Shown here: piece after piece, positions 36,801 to 48,294 of the stretch
How the letters are laid out: every line of letters begins with the position of its first letter
Numbering within the stretch: the stretch's first letter is position 1
Position numbers and translations under genes: made by a program
Source: Bacteroidales bacterium
GTDB taxonomy: Bacteria; Bacteroidota; Bacteroidia; Bacteroidales; UBA12481
NCBI GenBank assembly: GCA_041658425.1
Contig: JBBAAF010000004.1
Location: forward strand, 3,171-67,170
Length of the DNA: 64,000 bases
Direction of reading: 5' to 3'
The notes under the pieces: model-generated
Told to the model about the DNA's origin: nothing
What the model saw: the letters and a program-made list of their open reading frames with translations, nothing else
Database searches by the model: none

Positions 36801-37637
36801 GATACGATCAGGGAACTACTTCAAAACTATCTGATTAAATATAAGGAACTTGAAGGGGATTACCGGAGGAAGAAGTACAATGTTACCATCGGGGATGAAC
36901 TTCCTGCCGGTATTGTACAACTCGCCAAGGTATCTATTGCCAAAAAACGTAAGCTTACCGTTGGAGACAAAATGGCAGGACGCCACGGTAATAAGGGTAT
37001 TGTAGCCAAGATCGTAAGACAGGAGGACATGCCTTTCCTGGAAGACGGATCTCCGGTAGATATCGTCCTGAACCCGCTTGGTGTACCTTCCCGTATGAAC
37101 CTTGGACAAATCTATGAAACGGTTTTAGGTTGGGCAGGGAAAGAGCTGGGATTAAAATTCGCCAGTCCGATTTTTGATGGTGCTACGCTCGATGAAATCT
37201 CAGCATATACTGATAGGGCAGGCGTACCTAAGTTCGGCCGTACCTATTTATATGATGGTGGCTCGGGTGATCGTTTTGATCAGCCGGCCACCGTTGGAAT
37301 TATTTACATGCTGAAACTTGGCCATATGGTTGAGGATAAGATGCATGCACGTTCTATCGGACCTTATTCACTGATCACTCAGCAACCACTTGGAGGTAAA
37401 GCTCAATTTGGAGGCCAGAGGTTTGGTGAAATGGAGGTTTGGGCACTTGAAGCTTTCGGGGCTGCTCATATCCTTCAGGAGATTCTTACCGTTAAATCGG
37501 ATGATGTTATCGGTCGGGCAAAAGCCTATGAGGCAATTGTCAAGGGCGAACCACTTCCGATGCCCGGTATACCGGAATCCCTGAATGTGCTGCTGCATGA
37601 ATTGCGCGGCCTGGGATTGAGTGTTAAGTTGATTTAA
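33828..37637 (+). CDS. rpoB: DNA-directed RNA polymerase subunit beta
   Basis: 1269 aa with canonical RpoB blocks ([49 protein letters not shown]). Confidence 0.99.
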   Translation: MAQTSTQRINFGSTKSQLKYPDFLEVQVKSFTEFFQLETTPEQRKNEGLYKVFQENFPITDTRNNFVLEFLGYYIDPPRYTIEECIERGLTYSVPLKAKLKLYCTDPEHEDFDMVIQDVYLGTVPYMTRRGTFVINGAERVVVSQLHRSPGVFFGQSTHANGSKLYSARVIPFRGSWIEFATDINNVMYAYIDRKKKLPVTTLLRAIGFEGDRDILEIFDLADEIKVSKAALKKVIGRKLAARVLKSWIEDFVDEDTGEVVSIERNEIIVDRETVLDNDHVDAIVESGAKSILLHKEDTNLSDFAIIYNTLQKDPCNSEKEAVIHIYRQLRNADPPDDSTARDVIDKLFFSDKRYDLGDVGRYRINKKLGLDIGMDVKILTKQDIISIIKYLIQLINSKADVDDIDHLSNRRVRTVGEQLYAQFGVGLARMSRTIRERMNVRDNEVFTPIDLINSKTLSSVINSFFGTNALSQFMDQTNPLAEMTHKRRMSALGPGGLSRERAGFEVRDVHYTHYGRLCPIETPEGPNIGLISSLCVYAKINELGFIETPYRKVNSGVVDLSSDGLVYLTAEEEEGQIIAQANARLNDDGKFIDNRIKSRFEGDFPIAAPEDIHLMDVAPNQIASIAASLIPFLEHDDANRALMGSNMMRQAVPLVNPETPIVGTGIEGDVIQDSRIHFTAEEDGVVEYADAERIVVKYDRDEYQKFVRFDNEVKTYILPKFNKTNQNTTINLKPVVRKGDRVVKDQILTEGYSTKGGELALGRNLKVAFMPWKGYNFEDAIVISERVVREDLFSSVHIDEYLLEVRDTKRGLEELTADIPNVSEEATRNLDENGLIRVGAEVRPGDILIGKITPKGESDPSPEEKLLRAIFGDKAGDVKDASLKAGPSLNGIVIDKKLFSKSMKDRKIRAAEKTLIDKFEQEFKRQVDDLSNILVDKLFTLINGKASQGVKNYLNEDIVSKGTKFSLRILQGIAFLQVNPNKWTTDKDKNDTIRELLQNYLIKYKELEGDYRRKKYNVTIGDELPAGIVQLAKVSIAKKRKLTVGDKMAGRHGNKGIVAKIVRQEDMPFLEDGSPVDIVLNPLGVPSRMNLGQIYETVLGWAGKELGLKFASPIFDGATLDEISAYTDRAGVPKFGRTYLYDGGSGDRFDQPATVGIIYMLKLGHMVEDKMHARSIGPYSLITQQPLGGKAQFGGQRFGEMEVWALEAFGAAHILQEILTVKSDDVIGRAKAYEAIVKGEPLPMPGIPESLNVLLHELRGLGLSVKLI

Positions 37638-37670
37638 TTCAGGTTTGTAAACAATAGAACTCTATATATT

Positions 37671-40600
37671 ATGGCGTTCAGGAAAGAAACTAAGGTAAAA
37701 ACAAATTTTACCAAAATTGCCCTGGGTTTGGCATCACCGGAAGAGATCCTGGAACGATCAAGCGGAGAAGTGCTGAAGCCCGAAACAATCAATTACCGAA
37801 CCTATAAACCGGAGAGGGATGGATTATTTTGTGAAAGGATTTTCGGGCCGGTTAAGGATTATGAATGCCACTGCGGCAAGTACAAACGGATCCGTTATAA
37901 AGGAATTATTTGTGACCGTTGCGGTGTTGAGGTAACAGAAAAGAAAGTGCGCCGTGAGCGTATGGGACACATCTCCCTTACGGTGCCCGTTGCACATATC
38001 TGGTATTTCCGTTCACTTCCCAATAAGATCGGATACCTTCTGGGATTACCATCCAAAAAGCTTGATTCCATTATCTATTATGAGAAATATGTGGTAATTA
38101 ATCCCGGAATCAAAGAAGCTGACGGAGTAAAATTGCATGATTTCCTGAGTGAGGAAGAATATCTCGATATCATTGAGTCTCTTCCAAAAGAAAACCACTT
38201 GCTGGATGATTCAGATCCGAGGAAATTCCTTGCCGGAATGGGTGCTGAAGCCCTGTGTAAACTTCTCCAGCGTATTGATCTGGATGAACTATCTTATGAT
38301 CTGAGGCATCGTGCTGATAATGAGTCGTCTCAGCAACGTAAGAGCGAAGCATTAAAACGTTTGCAGGTTGTTGAATCTTTCCGTGCTTCGAAAGCCGTTA
38401 ATCATCCGGAATGGATGATCATAAAAGTAGTACCGGTTATCCCGCCAGAACTCCGGCCATTAGTGCCTTTGGATGGTGGACGTTTTGCTACATCCGACCT
38501 GAACGATCTATACCGCAGGGTTATCATCCGGAATAACCGGTTAAAAAGACTGATTGAAATCAAAGCTCCTGAGGTAATTCTCCGAAATGAGAAACGCATG
38601 CTCCAGGAAGCTGTTGATTCACTCTTTGATAATAGCCGGAAATCCAACGCTGTTAAAACCGACGCCAACCGTCCGCTCAAATCCTTAAGCGACAGCCTTA
38701 AAGGTAAACAGGGCCGGTTCCGTCAGAACCTTCTGGGTAAACGTGTCGACTATTCCGCACGTTCTGTTATCGTGGTTGGTCCTGAATTGAAATTGCATGA
38801 GTGCGGATTGCCGAAGGATATGGCTGCCGAACTATATAAACCTTTCATTATCAGGAAACTTATCGAAAGAGGTATTGTAAAGACAGTAAAGTCGGCTAAA
38901 AAAATTGTTGACCGAAGGGATCCTGTTGTTTGGGATATACTTGAAAATGTTCTTAAGGGACATCCTGTTCTGTTAAACAGGGCTCCAACCCTGCACAGAT
39001 TAGGTATTCAAGCCTTCCAGCCCAAACTGATCGAAGGTAAAGCTATTCATTTGCACCCATTGGTTTGTACTGCATTCAACGCTGACTTCGACGGTGACCA
39101 GATGGCTGTTCACCTTCCCCTCGGCAATGCTGCTATTCTGGAAGCCCAGATGTTGATGCTGGCTTCGCATAATATTTTGAATCCGGCAAATGGTGCTCCG
39201 ATCACCGTACCATCACAGGACATGGTTCTTGGATTGTACTACATTACGAAAGGCCGCATTAGCACCGATAAAGAGCATGTCAAAGGTGACGGTCTCAGCT
39301 TTTATTCATCAGAAGAGGTTATCATCGCCTATAACGAGGGAGCAATTGACCTCCATGCCAATATCCGTGTGAAAGCTAAGGATATGGTCGACGGTAAGCA
39401 GGTTGTACGGATTATAGACACAACGGTCGGACGGGTTCTTTTCAATGAAGTAGTTCCGGAAGAAGTAGGCTATCTGAACACCCTGCTGACTAAAAAATCA
39501 CTTCGTGAAATTATTGGCTGGGTGCTGAAAGAATGTGGCACAGCCAAAACTGCCAAGTTCCTGGATGATATCAAGGAAATTGGGTTCCAGGCTGCATTCC
39601 GCGGAGGTCTTTCCTTTAACCTCGATGATGTTATCGTGCCTCCGGAAAAAGATGCGATGATAAAGGATGGCTATGACCAGGTGGATGAGGTTCTGGGCAA
39701 CTATAACATGGGATTTATTACCAATAACGAACGATATAATCAGATCATTGATATCTGGACGCATACGAATGCAAGATTGACCCAAACGGTACTCGACAAA
39801 CTGAGAACTGACCGTCAGGGGTTCAATTCCATTTATATGATGCTGGATTCGGGTGCTCGTGGATCGAAGGAACAGATCCGCCAGTTATGCGGGATGAGGG
39901 GTTTGATGGCTAAGCCGCAAAAATCCGGTTCTACCAGTGCTGAAATTATCGAAAACCCGATTTTATCGAATTTCAAAGAGGGTTTGTCGGTTCTTGAGTA
40001 TTTTATCTCCACCCACGGTGCTCGTAAAGGTCTTGCCGATACCGCTCTTAAAACAGCGGATGCTGGTTATCTGACACGTCGTTTAGTTGACGTATCACAT
40101 GATGTTATTGTATCAGAGGAAGATTGCGGGACGCTTCGCGGACTGGTTGCCATTGCACTCAAGAATAATGAGGAAGTGATAGAAAGTTTATATGACCGTA
40201 TTCTTGGCCGTGTTAGCCTTCACGATATTTATCATCCAACAACGGGTGAAATGGTTGTGGAATCCGGCGAAGAAATCACGGAATCGATAGCTCATGTTAT
40301 TGATGAATCACCAATCGAAAGGGTTGATATCCGGTCGGTTCTAACCTGTGAATCTAAATTTGGCGTATGCACAAAATGCTACGGCAGAAGTCTTGCCACA
40401 GGCCGGTTGGCTCAGAACGGCGATGTTGTTGGAGTTATAGCCGCCCAATCAATCGGTGAACCTGGAACACAGTTGACACTGAGAACTTTCCACGTTGGGG
40501 GTACTGCTTCCAACATTGCTACGGAGTCGAGTATCCTGGCCCGTTATAACGGCCGCCTTGAATTTGACGAACTGCGTACGGTCGATTTTAGCGACGCTAC

Positions 40601-41948
40601 GATAAAAGGAAAGGTGGTAATTGGCCGGTTGGCTGAAATGAGGATTGTTGACAAGAACACCGGAATCACTCTGACAACCCATAGCATTCCTTACGGTGCC
40701 AAAGTATTCATGGGTGAAGGTGAAGATATTGCAAAAGGTGACCTGTTGTGCGAATGGGATCCGTTCAACGCTGTTATCGTATCGGAAGCAGCCGGTAAGG
40801 TTGCATTCGACAGTGTGATTGAGGGTATTACCTATCGTGATGAGTCGGATGAGCAAACTGGTTTCCGCGAAAAGGTTATCATTGAAACAAAAGATAAAAC
40901 CAAGAACGCTGAGATTAAGATTCTGGCTAAGAACAACGAGCCGCTGAAAATTTATAACCTTCCAGTAGGTTCGCATATCTCTGTTTCCGAAGGTGAAAAT
41001 GTAAAGGCTGGTGAGATTCTGGTTAAAATTCCAAGATCAGCCAGTAAGGCTGGTGATATCACCGGTGGTTTGCCGAGGGTAACTGAATTATTCGAAGCCC
41101 GTAACCCCTCAAATCCGGCTGTAGTTGCTGAAATTGACGGTGAAGTTTCATATGGAAAGGTAAAACGCGGTAACCGGGAAATTGTAATTACTTCGAAAAC
41201 AGGTGAGATCAAAAAATATCTGGTTTCTCTTTCGAAACAGATTTTGGTTCAGCCTAATGATTATGTACGTGCAGGAATACCACTATCCGACGGATCAATC
41301 ACACCATCTGATATTTTATCGATTAAAGGCCCGACCGCTGTTCAGGAATATATTGTGAACGAGGTACAGGAGGTTTACCGTATGCAGGGGGTGAAGATCA
41401 ATGACAAACATTTTGAGGTAATTGTCCGCCAGATGATGCGCAAGGTGGTCATCGAAGATCCGGGCGATACCAAATTCCTCGAAAAACAGATTGTTGACAA
41501 GATGGAGGTAATGGAAGAGAACGATTGGATTTATGGCAAGAAAGTTGTTCTCGAAGCCGGAGATTCTCAAACAGTTCGTCCAGGAATGATAGTTTCGGCC
41601 CGCAAACTTCGTGACGAAAACTCGCTTCTTAAACGTAAAGATTTACGCACAGTTGAATCGCGTGATGCTGTTCCTGCAACCTCCAGCCAGATCTTACAGG
41701 GAATTACCCGTGCTGCATTGCAAACCAGCAGCTGGCTGTCTGCCGCATCTTTCCAGGAAACAACCAAAGTGCTCAATGAAGCTGCCATTCTTGGAAAAGT
41801 TGATGAACTGAGGGGATTAAAGGAAAATGTTATTGTTGGTCACCTGATTCCAGCCGGGACCGGCAATCGAAGTTTTGAGAAAATTGTCGTCGGCTCCCTG
41901 GATGATTATCAGGCCCTTATGCTTGGGAAATCCACTGAAAATGATTAA
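37671..41948 (+). CDS. rpoC: DNA-directed RNA polymerase subunit beta'
   Basis: 1425 aa with the Zn finger [23 protein letters not shown], the catalytic [12 protein letters not shown] motif and trigger-loop blocks. Confidence 0.99.
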   Translation: MAFRKETKVKTNFTKIALGLASPEEILERSSGEVLKPETINYRTYKPERDGLFCERIFGPVKDYECHCGKYKRIRYKGIICDRCGVEVTEKKVRRERMGHISLTVPVAHIWYFRSLPNKIGYLLGLPSKKLDSIIYYEKYVVINPGIKEADGVKLHDFLSEEEYLDIIESLPKENHLLDDSDPRKFLAGMGAEALCKLLQRIDLDELSYDLRHRADNESSQQRKSEALKRLQVVESFRASKAVNHPEWMIIKVVPVIPPELRPLVPLDGGRFATSDLNDLYRRVIIRNNRLKRLIEIKAPEVILRNEKRMLQEAVDSLFDNSRKSNAVKTDANRPLKSLSDSLKGKQGRFRQNLLGKRVDYSARSVIVVGPELKLHECGLPKDMAAELYKPFIIRKLIERGIVKTVKSAKKIVDRRDPVVWDILENVLKGHPVLLNRAPTLHRLGIQAFQPKLIEGKAIHLHPLVCTAFNADFDGDQMAVHLPLGNAAILEAQMLMLASHNILNPANGAPITVPSQDMVLGLYYITKGRISTDKEHVKGDGLSFYSSEEVIIAYNEGAIDLHANIRVKAKDMVDGKQVVRIIDTTVGRVLFNEVVPEEVGYLNTLLTKKSLREIIGWVLKECGTAKTAKFLDDIKEIGFQAAFRGGLSFNLDDVIVPPEKDAMIKDGYDQVDEVLGNYNMGFITNNERYNQIIDIWTHTNARLTQTVLDKLRTDRQGFNSIYMMLDSGARGSKEQIRQLCGMRGLMAKPQKSGSTSAEIIENPILSNFKEGLSVLEYFISTHGARKGLADTALKTADAGYLTRRLVDVSHDVIVSEEDCGTLRGLVAIALKNNEEVIESLYDRILGRVSLHDIYHPTTGEMVVESGEEITESIAHVIDESPIERVDIRSVLTCESKFGVCTKCYGRSLATGRLAQNGDVVGVIAAQSIGEPGTQLTLRTFHVGGTASNIATESSILARYNGRLEFDELRTVDFSDATIKGKVVIGRLAEMRIVDKNTGITLTTHSIPYGAKVFMGEGEDIAKGDLLCEWDPFNAVIVSEAAGKVAFDSVIEGITYRDESDEQTGFREKVIIETKDKTKNAEIKILAKNNEPLKIYNLPVGSHISVSEGENVKAGEILVKIPRSASKAGDITGGLPRVTELFEARNPSNPAVVAEIDGEVSYGKVKRGNREIVITSKTGEIKKYLVSLSKQILVQPNDYVRAGIPLSDGSITPSDILSIKGPTAVQEYIVNEVQEVYRMQGVKINDKHFEVIVRQMMRKVVIEDPGDTKFLEKQIVDKMEVMEENDWIYGKKVVLEAGDSQTVRPGMIVSARKLRDENSLLKRKDLRTVESRDAVPATSSQILQGITRAALQTSSWLSAASFQETTKVLNEAAILGKVDELRGLKENVIVGHLIPAGTGNRSFEKIVVGSLDDYQALMLGKSTEND

Positions 41949-41968
41949 ATCAAGAAAAGGATAAAAAA

Positions 41969-42292
41969 ATGTCAGATCAAGGAAAAAAGGGAAATCAGAT
42001 CAATATTGAGCTGAGTGAGGAAATTGCTCAGGGTGTTTACTCAAACCTGGCGATTATTACGCATTCAAGTTCAGAATTTGTTCTTGATTTCGTCAGGATC
42101 ATGCCGGGTCTACCTAAAGCAAAGGTAAAAAGCCGTGTTATCCTGACTCCTGAGCATGCAAAGCGATTATTGTTTGCCCTTCAGGATAATATCCAGAAAT
42201 ATGAGGCGGTTCATGGGGTAATCAAAAACGTAGAGCGAACAGGTGGTCCGGTCATACCTATGTCCTTTGGGGGACCAACCGCGGAGGCATAA
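41969..42292 (+). CDS. DUF3467-domain protein
   Basis: 107 aa; YSNLAIITHSSSEFVLDFVRIMPG matches the DUF3467 family, which I recall following rpoC in Bacteroidota. Confidence 0.7.
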   Translation: MSDQGKKGNQINIELSEEIAQGVYSNLAIITHSSSEFVLDFVRIMPGLPKAKVKSRVILTPEHAKRLLFALQDNIQKYEAVHGVIKNVERTGGPVIPMSFGGPTAEA

Positions 42293-42300
42293 GATTTCAG

Positions 42301-42328
42301 GCCCTGCCATTTGGCAGGGCTTTTTTTT
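42301..42328 (+). terminator. Rho-independent terminator of the rpoBC unit
   Basis: GCCCTGCC-ATTT-GGCAGGGC followed by an 8-T run. Confidence 0.85.
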
Positions 42329-42335
42329 ATATTTG
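42328..42335 (+). promoter_or_regulatory. Candidate -7 promoter box TATATTTG for the etf operon
   Basis: Exact TAnnTTTG match, 26 nt upstream of the etfB ATG. Confidence 0.4.
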
Positions 42336-42360
42336 TCGGCTGACATTCAATCAATCATTT

Positions 42361-43236
42361 ATGAAGAGTTTGAAAATCATTGTTTTAGCTAAACAGGTTC
42401 CTGATACACGCAACATTGGGAAAGATGCCATGAAGGCTGATGGGACAGTTAACAGGGGTGCACTGGCAGCTATTTTTAATCCGGAGGACCTTAATGCTCT
42501 GGAACAAGCCCTGCGAATTAAAGATCGCTACCCGGAAAGTGAGATCGTAGTTCTGACCATGGGGCCGGGCCGTGCTGCAGAGATTATAAGGGAAGCCATA
42601 TACAGGGGTGCCGATAAAGGGTATCTTCTGACCGACAGAAAGTTTGCCGGATCAGATACACTGGCTACTTCTTATGCACTCTCTATGGCCATCCGTAAAA
42701 TGGAGCCGTATGCAATGGTTATTGCCGGCCGTCAGGCTATTGACGGCGATACTGCCCAGGTGGGTCCCCAGGTGGCTGAAAAACTCGGACTTCCTCAGGT
42801 TACCTATGTAGAAGAAATACAGGAAATAACTGACAACAAAATAGTTATAAAAAGACGTCTGGAAAGGGGTGTCGAAATAGTGAAATCATCACTGCCACTC
42901 CTTATTACTGTGCATAATTCTGCTCCTGCTTGTCGCCCCCGGCATGCCAAACGACTGATGAAATTCAAACATGCGCAAACGGTTACAGAAATGCAGGACA
43001 ACAGTGAGGACTATATCAGCCTTCAGCAAGACCGACCGTACCTGAGAATCGAGGAGTGGAGTGTCGATGACGTAAAAGCTGATGATTCTATGCTTGGGCT
43101 GTCAGGCTCGCCGACAAAAGTCAAGAAGATTGATAATGTTGTATTTAAAGCAAAAGAATCCAAGGTGCTGACTGCTCAGAACGGTGATGTCGAATGGTTG
43201 GTTAAGGAGCTGATTACCAATAATACCATTGGCTAA
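42361..43236 (+). CDS. etfB: Electron transfer flavoprotein subunit beta (EtfB/FixA)
   Basis: MKSLKIIVLAKQVPDT start, AIDGDTAQVGPQVAEKLGLPQVTYV motif, 291 aa. Confidence 0.9.
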   Translation: MKSLKIIVLAKQVPDTRNIGKDAMKADGTVNRGALAAIFNPEDLNALEQALRIKDRYPESEIVVLTMGPGRAAEIIREAIYRGADKGYLLTDRKFAGSDTLATSYALSMAIRKMEPYAMVIAGRQAIDGDTAQVGPQVAEKLGLPQVTYVEEIQEITDNKIVIKRRLERGVEIVKSSLPLLITVHNSAPACRPRHAKRLMKFKHAQTVTEMQDNSEDYISLQQDRPYLRIEEWSVDDVKADDSMLGLSGSPTKVKKIDNVVFKAKESKVLTAQNGDVEWLVKELITNNTIG

Positions 43237-43270
43237 ACCGACCAATTGTTAAATTCAAAACCGGAATATT

Positions 43271-44290
43271 GTGAATAATATATTTATATACTGCGAAGTG
43301 GAAGAAGGCCTGGTGGCCGAAGTATCTCTTGAGTTACTGACCAAAGGCCGGTCACTAGCCAATCGGTTGAATTGCAAATTAGAAGCAATAGCTATCGGAT
43401 CCGGGCTCGAAAAAGTGACGGATCAGGTTTTTCCGTATGGAGTGGATGTCATTCATATTGCCGATGATCCAAGATTATCACCTTATACCACAATGCCTCA
43501 TGCTGCCATTGTAATCGGCATTTTTCGCAAAGAGGAACCTCAGATTGGATTGTTCGGTGCTTCATCCGTTGGCCGTGATCTTGCCCCCCGCGTTGCATCA
43601 GCATTGAAGTGCGGATTAACAGCCGATTGTACCCAACTTGAGATTGGCGATCATTATGAAAAGAAAACCGACACCGAGTATAAAAACCTTTTATACCAGA
43701 TCCGACCAGCTTTCGGCGGAAATATTATTGCCACCATTATAAATCCTGAAACCAAACCCCAGCTCGCAACGGTAAGGGAAGGCGTGATGAAAAAGGAGAT
43801 CCTTTCTGTATCTCATAAAGGAAAGGTTAAACCGGTTGCCGTGAATGAATTCGTTAACAGCACCGATTTTGCGGTTGAGATCATTGAAAGGCATATGGAG
43901 CAAAGGAAAGTCAACATTAAAGCTGCTCCTATCATAGTTGCCGGCGGATATGGTGTCGGGTCAAAAGAGAACTTCGAACTTCTTTTTGAACTGGCTAACC
44001 TGCTCGGAGGCGAAGTGGGTGCTTCACGTGCAGCCGTGGATGCCGGATTTGTTGACCATGAACGGCAAGTTGGACAGACAGGTATAACCGTTCGCCCTAA
44101 ACTTTATATTGCCTGCGGGATATCCGGACAAATTCAGCACAGGGCCGGGATGGAGGAATCTGCAATGATTATTTCCATCAACAGTGATCCGCACGCACCC
44201 ATCCATAGTATTGCAGATTATGCAATTGTGGGAGAAGTATCCGAAGTGATACCGAAAATGATCAGGTATTACAAAAAAAATTCCAAGTAA
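43271..44290 (+). CDS. etfA: Electron transfer flavoprotein subunit alpha (EtfA/FixB)
   Basis: 339 aa with the C-terminal FAD-binding block VGASRAAVDAGFVDHERQVGQTGITVRPKLYIACGISGQIQH. GTG start. Confidence 0.9.
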   Translation: MNNIFIYCEVEEGLVAEVSLELLTKGRSLANRLNCKLEAIAIGSGLEKVTDQVFPYGVDVIHIADDPRLSPYTTMPHAAIVIGIFRKEEPQIGLFGASSVGRDLAPRVASALKCGLTADCTQLEIGDHYEKKTDTEYKNLLYQIRPAFGGNIIATIINPETKPQLATVREGVMKKEILSVSHKGKVKPVAVNEFVNSTDFAVEIIERHMEQRKVNIKAAPIIVAGGYGVGSKENFELLFELANLLGGEVGASRAAVDAGFVDHERQVGQTGITVRPKLYIACGISGQIQHRAGMEESAMIISINSDPHAPIHSIADYAIVGEVSEVIPKMIRYYKKNSK

Positions 44291-44304
44291 TTAAAATCAG
44301 AACC

Positions 44305-46023
44305 ATGGCAAATTTTTATACAGAAAACCAGGATTTGCAATTCCAACTTTCTCATCCATTGATGAAGAAAATTGTGACTTTAAAAGAATATGGGTTTGCT
44401 GACAGGGATAAATTCGATTATGCCCCTCTTGATTATGAGGATGCCGCTGATACCTATCATAAAGTGCTCGAAATTATAGGAGAAATCTGTGAAACAACCA
44501 TTGCCCCCAATGCCGAATCGGTTGATCATGATGGGCCTCAGTTGATTGATAACGCGGTTCATTATGCCCGGGGAACTCAGGAAAATCTGAAAATGCTCAA
44601 TCAGGCCGGCCTTATCGGAATGTCACTACCCAGAAAATATGGTGGTCTGAATTTTCCTATAACTCCGTATGTTATTGCAGCAGAGCTTGTTTCAAGAGCC
44701 GATGCCGGATTTGCGAATATCTGGGGATTACAGGATTGTGCTGAAACAATCCATGAATTTGGTTCAATTGATGTTAAGAATGAATTCCTTCCGCGATTTC
44801 AGTATGGGGCCACCGCAGCCATGGACCTTACCGAGCCGGATGCGGGATCAGATCTGCAATCGGTACAACTGAAAGCCCATTATGATCAGGGGCGCGATAT
44901 TTGGATACTGAATGGTGTAAAGAGATTTATTACCAACGGTGACGCTGATATTTCCCTGGTTTTAGCCCGTTCTGAAGAGGGCACATCCGATGGGCGCGGT
45001 TTATCTCTGTTTGTGTTTGACCGGAAAGACGGGGGACTGGTCGTTCGCCGCATTGAGAACAAGCTTGGTATCAAAGGATCTCCTACCTGTGAACTGGTTT
45101 TCAAGAATGCTCCGGCCAAACTGATTGGCGACCGGCGGATGGGCTTGATTAAGTATGTTATGGCCCTGATGAATTCTGCACGATTGGGGATCGGCGCTCA
45201 ATCGGTTGGAATATCCGAAGCTGCCTACCGCGAAGCTCTGAAATATGCAGGCGAACGGGAACAGTTTGGAAAACCGATTGTCCAGTTTCCGGCAGTTTAT
45301 GAAATGCTTACGGTTATGAAGGTGAAACTTCAGGCCAGCCGTGCCCTCTTGTATGAAACAGCACGCTTTGTTGATGTATACAAGGCCTACGCTAATCATA
45401 GCGAACACCGTAAACTCGAAAAAGAGGAACGGGATGAAATGAAATATTATCAGCGACTTGCTGATGTTTATACACCCTTGATAAAACTGATGGCCAGCGA
45501 ATACTGCAATCAGATTGCCTATGATGCAATCCAGATTCACGGAGGTACCGGTTTTATGAAGGATTTTCCTGTCGAACGGTTATATCGCGATGCCCGGATA
45601 ACCTCTATTTATGAGGGAACCAGCCAGTTACAGGTGGTAGCAGCCATCCGCGGGGTAACCACCGGTATTTACCTTTCGAAAATCCGCGAATATGAAAACC
45701 TCAAAGTGAGCCCGGACCAGGAATTGCTTAAGAAACGCCTCATCGAGATGACAACCGAATATGAACATGCGATCCTGAAAGCTCAAAAATCAGAAGAAGG
45801 AGAATATCTGGATTTTCATGCCCGGAGGTTGGTTGAGATGGCCGCTCATATCATTATGGGTTATTTACTTCTTTTGGATAGTGAAAGAGATCCGGTATAC
45901 AGGGATTCAGCCAGAATTTTTATTCAACGGGCTCAGTCATGGAACCGCGAAAGAATGCTGTTTATTCACCAATTTGAACCGAATGATCTGGGCCTTTATA
46001 AAATGGATGTGATGAAATTGTAA
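44305..46023 (+). CDS. Acyl-CoA dehydrogenase, long (~570 aa) form
   Basis: ACAD N/M/C domains (LTEPDAGSDL, FITNGD, QIHGGTGFMKDFPVERLYRDARITSIYEGTSQLQ) plus a ~120-aa C-terminal extension. Confidence 0.85.
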   Translation: MANFYTENQDLQFQLSHPLMKKIVTLKEYGFADRDKFDYAPLDYEDAADTYHKVLEIIGEICETTIAPNAESVDHDGPQLIDNAVHYARGTQENLKMLNQAGLIGMSLPRKYGGLNFPITPYVIAAELVSRADAGFANIWGLQDCAETIHEFGSIDVKNEFLPRFQYGATAAMDLTEPDAGSDLQSVQLKAHYDQGRDIWILNGVKRFITNGDADISLVLARSEEGTSDGRGLSLFVFDRKDGGLVVRRIENKLGIKGSPTCELVFKNAPAKLIGDRRMGLIKYVMALMNSARLGIGAQSVGISEAAYREALKYAGEREQFGKPIVQFPAVYEMLTVMKVKLQASRALLYETARFVDVYKAYANHSEHRKLEKEERDEMKYYQRLADVYTPLIKLMASEYCNQIAYDAIQIHGGTGFMKDFPVERLYRDARITSIYEGTSQLQVVAAIRGVTTGIYLSKIREYENLKVSPDQELLKKRLIEMTTEYEHAILKAQKSEEGEYLDFHARRLVEMAAHIIMGYLLLLDSERDPVYRDSARIFIQRAQSWNRERMLFIHQFEPNDLGLYKMDVMKL

Positions 46024-46027
46024 TGCC

Positions 46028-46819
46028 ATGTCTTATCGGATCGGTTTTATCGGAGCAGGCAGGGTAGCCTGGCATTTGGCACCTGCATTGAAGAATTCCG
46101 GACATCGGATTCTTCAGGTAATCAGTAAGTCAGCCTTATCGGCACAAAAGCTTGGGGATCGGGTAGGATGTGAACATACCGACAAGATCACCAAACTGGA
46201 CAGGGATATTCAAATTCTGTTCTTAACCGTTGCAGATCATGCACTTGTTGAGTTGATCAATGATATCAGCGATTATCGTGGAATCGTGGTGCATACCAGC
46301 GGTACTTTCTCTTCTATGCGTTTTGTCTGCCAGAAATACAAGTATGGAGGAATGTATCCCCTGCAGACATTCTCTATCGGCAAACCTCTGGACTTGTCTA
46401 ATGTTCCTGTTTTCATTGAAGGATGTGAACCAGCCGTAACGGAAGTCCTGGTAAATTTAGCCTCGGGATTTTCGAGCGAGGTGCATGTGGTTGGACATGA
46501 GGAACGCAGGTGGATGCACCTGGCTGCCGTATGGTCCAATAATTTTACCAATCATATGCTGACCAATGCATACGGTATCATGAATGAACATTCCCTTCCG
46601 GTGAAATGGCTGGAGCCATTAATCCGTGAAACTTTTAATAAGGCAATTGAATTGGGTCCGCTAAAATCCCAGACCGGACCTGCTGTACGACATGATCAGC
46701 AGACCCTCAAAAAGCACGTCGATCTATTATCTTACTCCCAGGAATTACAGGTACTTTATAAACGTTTAAGTGATTCCATTCAGAATGTTTCAACCGCTTC
46801 AAAAGGCGATCGATTATGA
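46028..46819 (+). CDS. Rossmann-like plus DUF2520 domain protein
   Basis: IGFIGAGRVAWHLAPAL NAD(P)-binding start, and a C-terminal SQTGPAVRHD motif characteristic of DUF2520. Confidence 0.7.
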   Translation: MSYRIGFIGAGRVAWHLAPALKNSGHRILQVISKSALSAQKLGDRVGCEHTDKITKLDRDIQILFLTVADHALVELINDISDYRGIVVHTSGTFSSMRFVCQKYKYGGMYPLQTFSIGKPLDLSNVPVFIEGCEPAVTEVLVNLASGFSSEVHVVGHEERRWMHLAAVWSNNFTNHMLTNAYGIMNEHSLPVKWLEPLIRETFNKAIELGPLKSQTGPAVRHDQQTLKKHVDLLSYSQELQVLYKRLSDSIQNVSTASKGDRL

Positions 46820-47322
46820 GTTTTTTTAAGGAAGACCTAAGAAATATCAAAGCATTTGTCTTTGATGTTGATGGTGTTATTTCAACCAATCAGGTGCTCC
46901 TGCATGCGTCAGGAGATATGATGCGATCAGTTAATACGAGGGATGGTTTCGCCATAAAAACAGCCATCGAGGCGGGTTTTAAAGTTGGAATCATAACCGG
47001 AGCACGGTCAGAATCATTGAAGGGAAGGTTTAAAGACCTGGGAACAGAAGATGTTTTTCTTGGTTCTTTGGATAAAATAGTTGATCTTAAGACTTTTGTA
47101 ACAAAATACCAGCTGGAATTAAGCCAGGTTCTATATATGGGAGATGATGTCCCGGATCTCAGAGCCATGAAGGAGGTGGGCATGCCCACTTGTCCCAATG
47201 ATGCAACCAATGAAGTACAGGCAGTTTCCAGGTATATTTCCAACTATCCGGGAGGCCATGGTTGTGTCAGGGATGTAATTGAGCAGGTATTGCGAACCCA
47301 GGGATTCTGGAACTACCATTAA
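46816..47322 (+). CDS. kdsC: KDO 8-phosphate phosphatase KdsC (HAD-IIIA)
   Basis: FVFDVDGVIS (DxDG), RDGFAIK and MGDDVPDL motifs; 168 aa; 4-nt ATGA overlap with the upstream gene. Confidence 0.8.
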   Translation: MSFFKEDLRNIKAFVFDVDGVISTNQVLLHASGDMMRSVNTRDGFAIKTAIEAGFKVGIITGARSESLKGRFKDLGTEDVFLGSLDKIVDLKTFVTKYQLELSQVLYMGDDVPDLRAMKEVGMPTCPNDATNEVQAVSRYISNYPGGHGCVRDVIEQVLRTQGFWNYH

Positions 47323-47331
47323 TGACCGGAT

Positions 47332-48294
47332 ATGAGTGTAACAGGAGCATTCAGGATTTTCAGGCTTCCAAATCTTTTGATGGTTGCTGCAACCATGTAC
47401 CTGATGCGCTGGTCGGTTATAAAACCGCTTCTTGGGGTTTATGGAATTGATCTGCAAATCTCTGAACCAGCGTTTCTCGGATTGGTGTTATCCACTGTTT
47501 TAATTACCGCTGCCGGCTATGTGATTAATGATTACCATGATGTCAGGGCCGACCAAATCAATAAACCCAAAAAGGTGGTGGTTGACATACATGTTAGCAG
47601 GAGATTGGCATTGTTTCTTCATTGGTTGCTTAATTTTATCGGGGTTTCAGCGGGCGTAACCTTTTCAATAATTTACCATGTTCCCTGGATGATTCTTATT
47701 TTTACCGGCGCTCCGCTTTTGCTCTGGTATTATTCCGTCAGACTGAAACATATGTTGCTGGCAGGAAATCTTGCCGTTTCATTGCTGACTGCCACAGTAC
47801 CCTTGCTGGTTATCCTGTTTGAGTATCCTTTACTGGCCCGGAATTACCGTTTCGACCCTGTGTTTTTTCCGCATGGATTGATTGCAATCCTGATATGGGT
47901 AGGTGCATTTGCCTTTTTTGCTTTCATGACCAATCTGATCCGTGAAATAATTAAAGATGCTCAGGATATTGAAGGAGACAGGGAGCTTGATAGCCAGACA
48001 TTGCCAATTTCATGCGGATTGAAGAAAACCAAAGGAGTAATAATCGTAATTACCGTTTTTACAGCACTGGTTTTGGGATTCTTTTTCCTGACTTACCTGA
48101 AAGACTGGATCAGTCTGGCTTACTATATACTGGCACTTTTATTGCCATTTGCCTTCCTAATCATCAGAACCCTGAAATCATCAGATACCAGAGATTTTAA
48201 TTTTTTAAGTCAGTGGGTTAAGTTGATCATGCTTCTGGGCTTGCTTTATGCCCCGGTGGCACACTGGATCATCAGGAATTATTTAAACCGATGA
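47332..48294 (+). CDS. UbiA-family aromatic/glyceryl prenyltransferase (archaeal DGGGP-synthase-like subgroup possible)
   Basis: About 9 TM segments, first Asp-rich motif NDYHDVRADQINKP, second motif KDAQDIEGD. Confidence 0.7.
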   Translation: MSVTGAFRIFRLPNLLMVAATMYLMRWSVIKPLLGVYGIDLQISEPAFLGLVLSTVLITAAGYVINDYHDVRADQINKPKKVVVDIHVSRRLALFLHWLLNFIGVSAGVTFSIIYHVPWMILIFTGAPLLLWYYSVRLKHMLLAGNLAVSLLTATVPLLVILFEYPLLARNYRFDPVFFPHGLIAILIWVGAFAFFAFMTNLIREIIKDAQDIEGDRELDSQTLPISCGLKKTKGVIIVITVFTALVLGFFFLTYLKDWISLAYYILALLLPFAFLIIRTLKSSDTRDFNFLSQWVKLIMLLGLLYAPVAHWIIRNYLNR

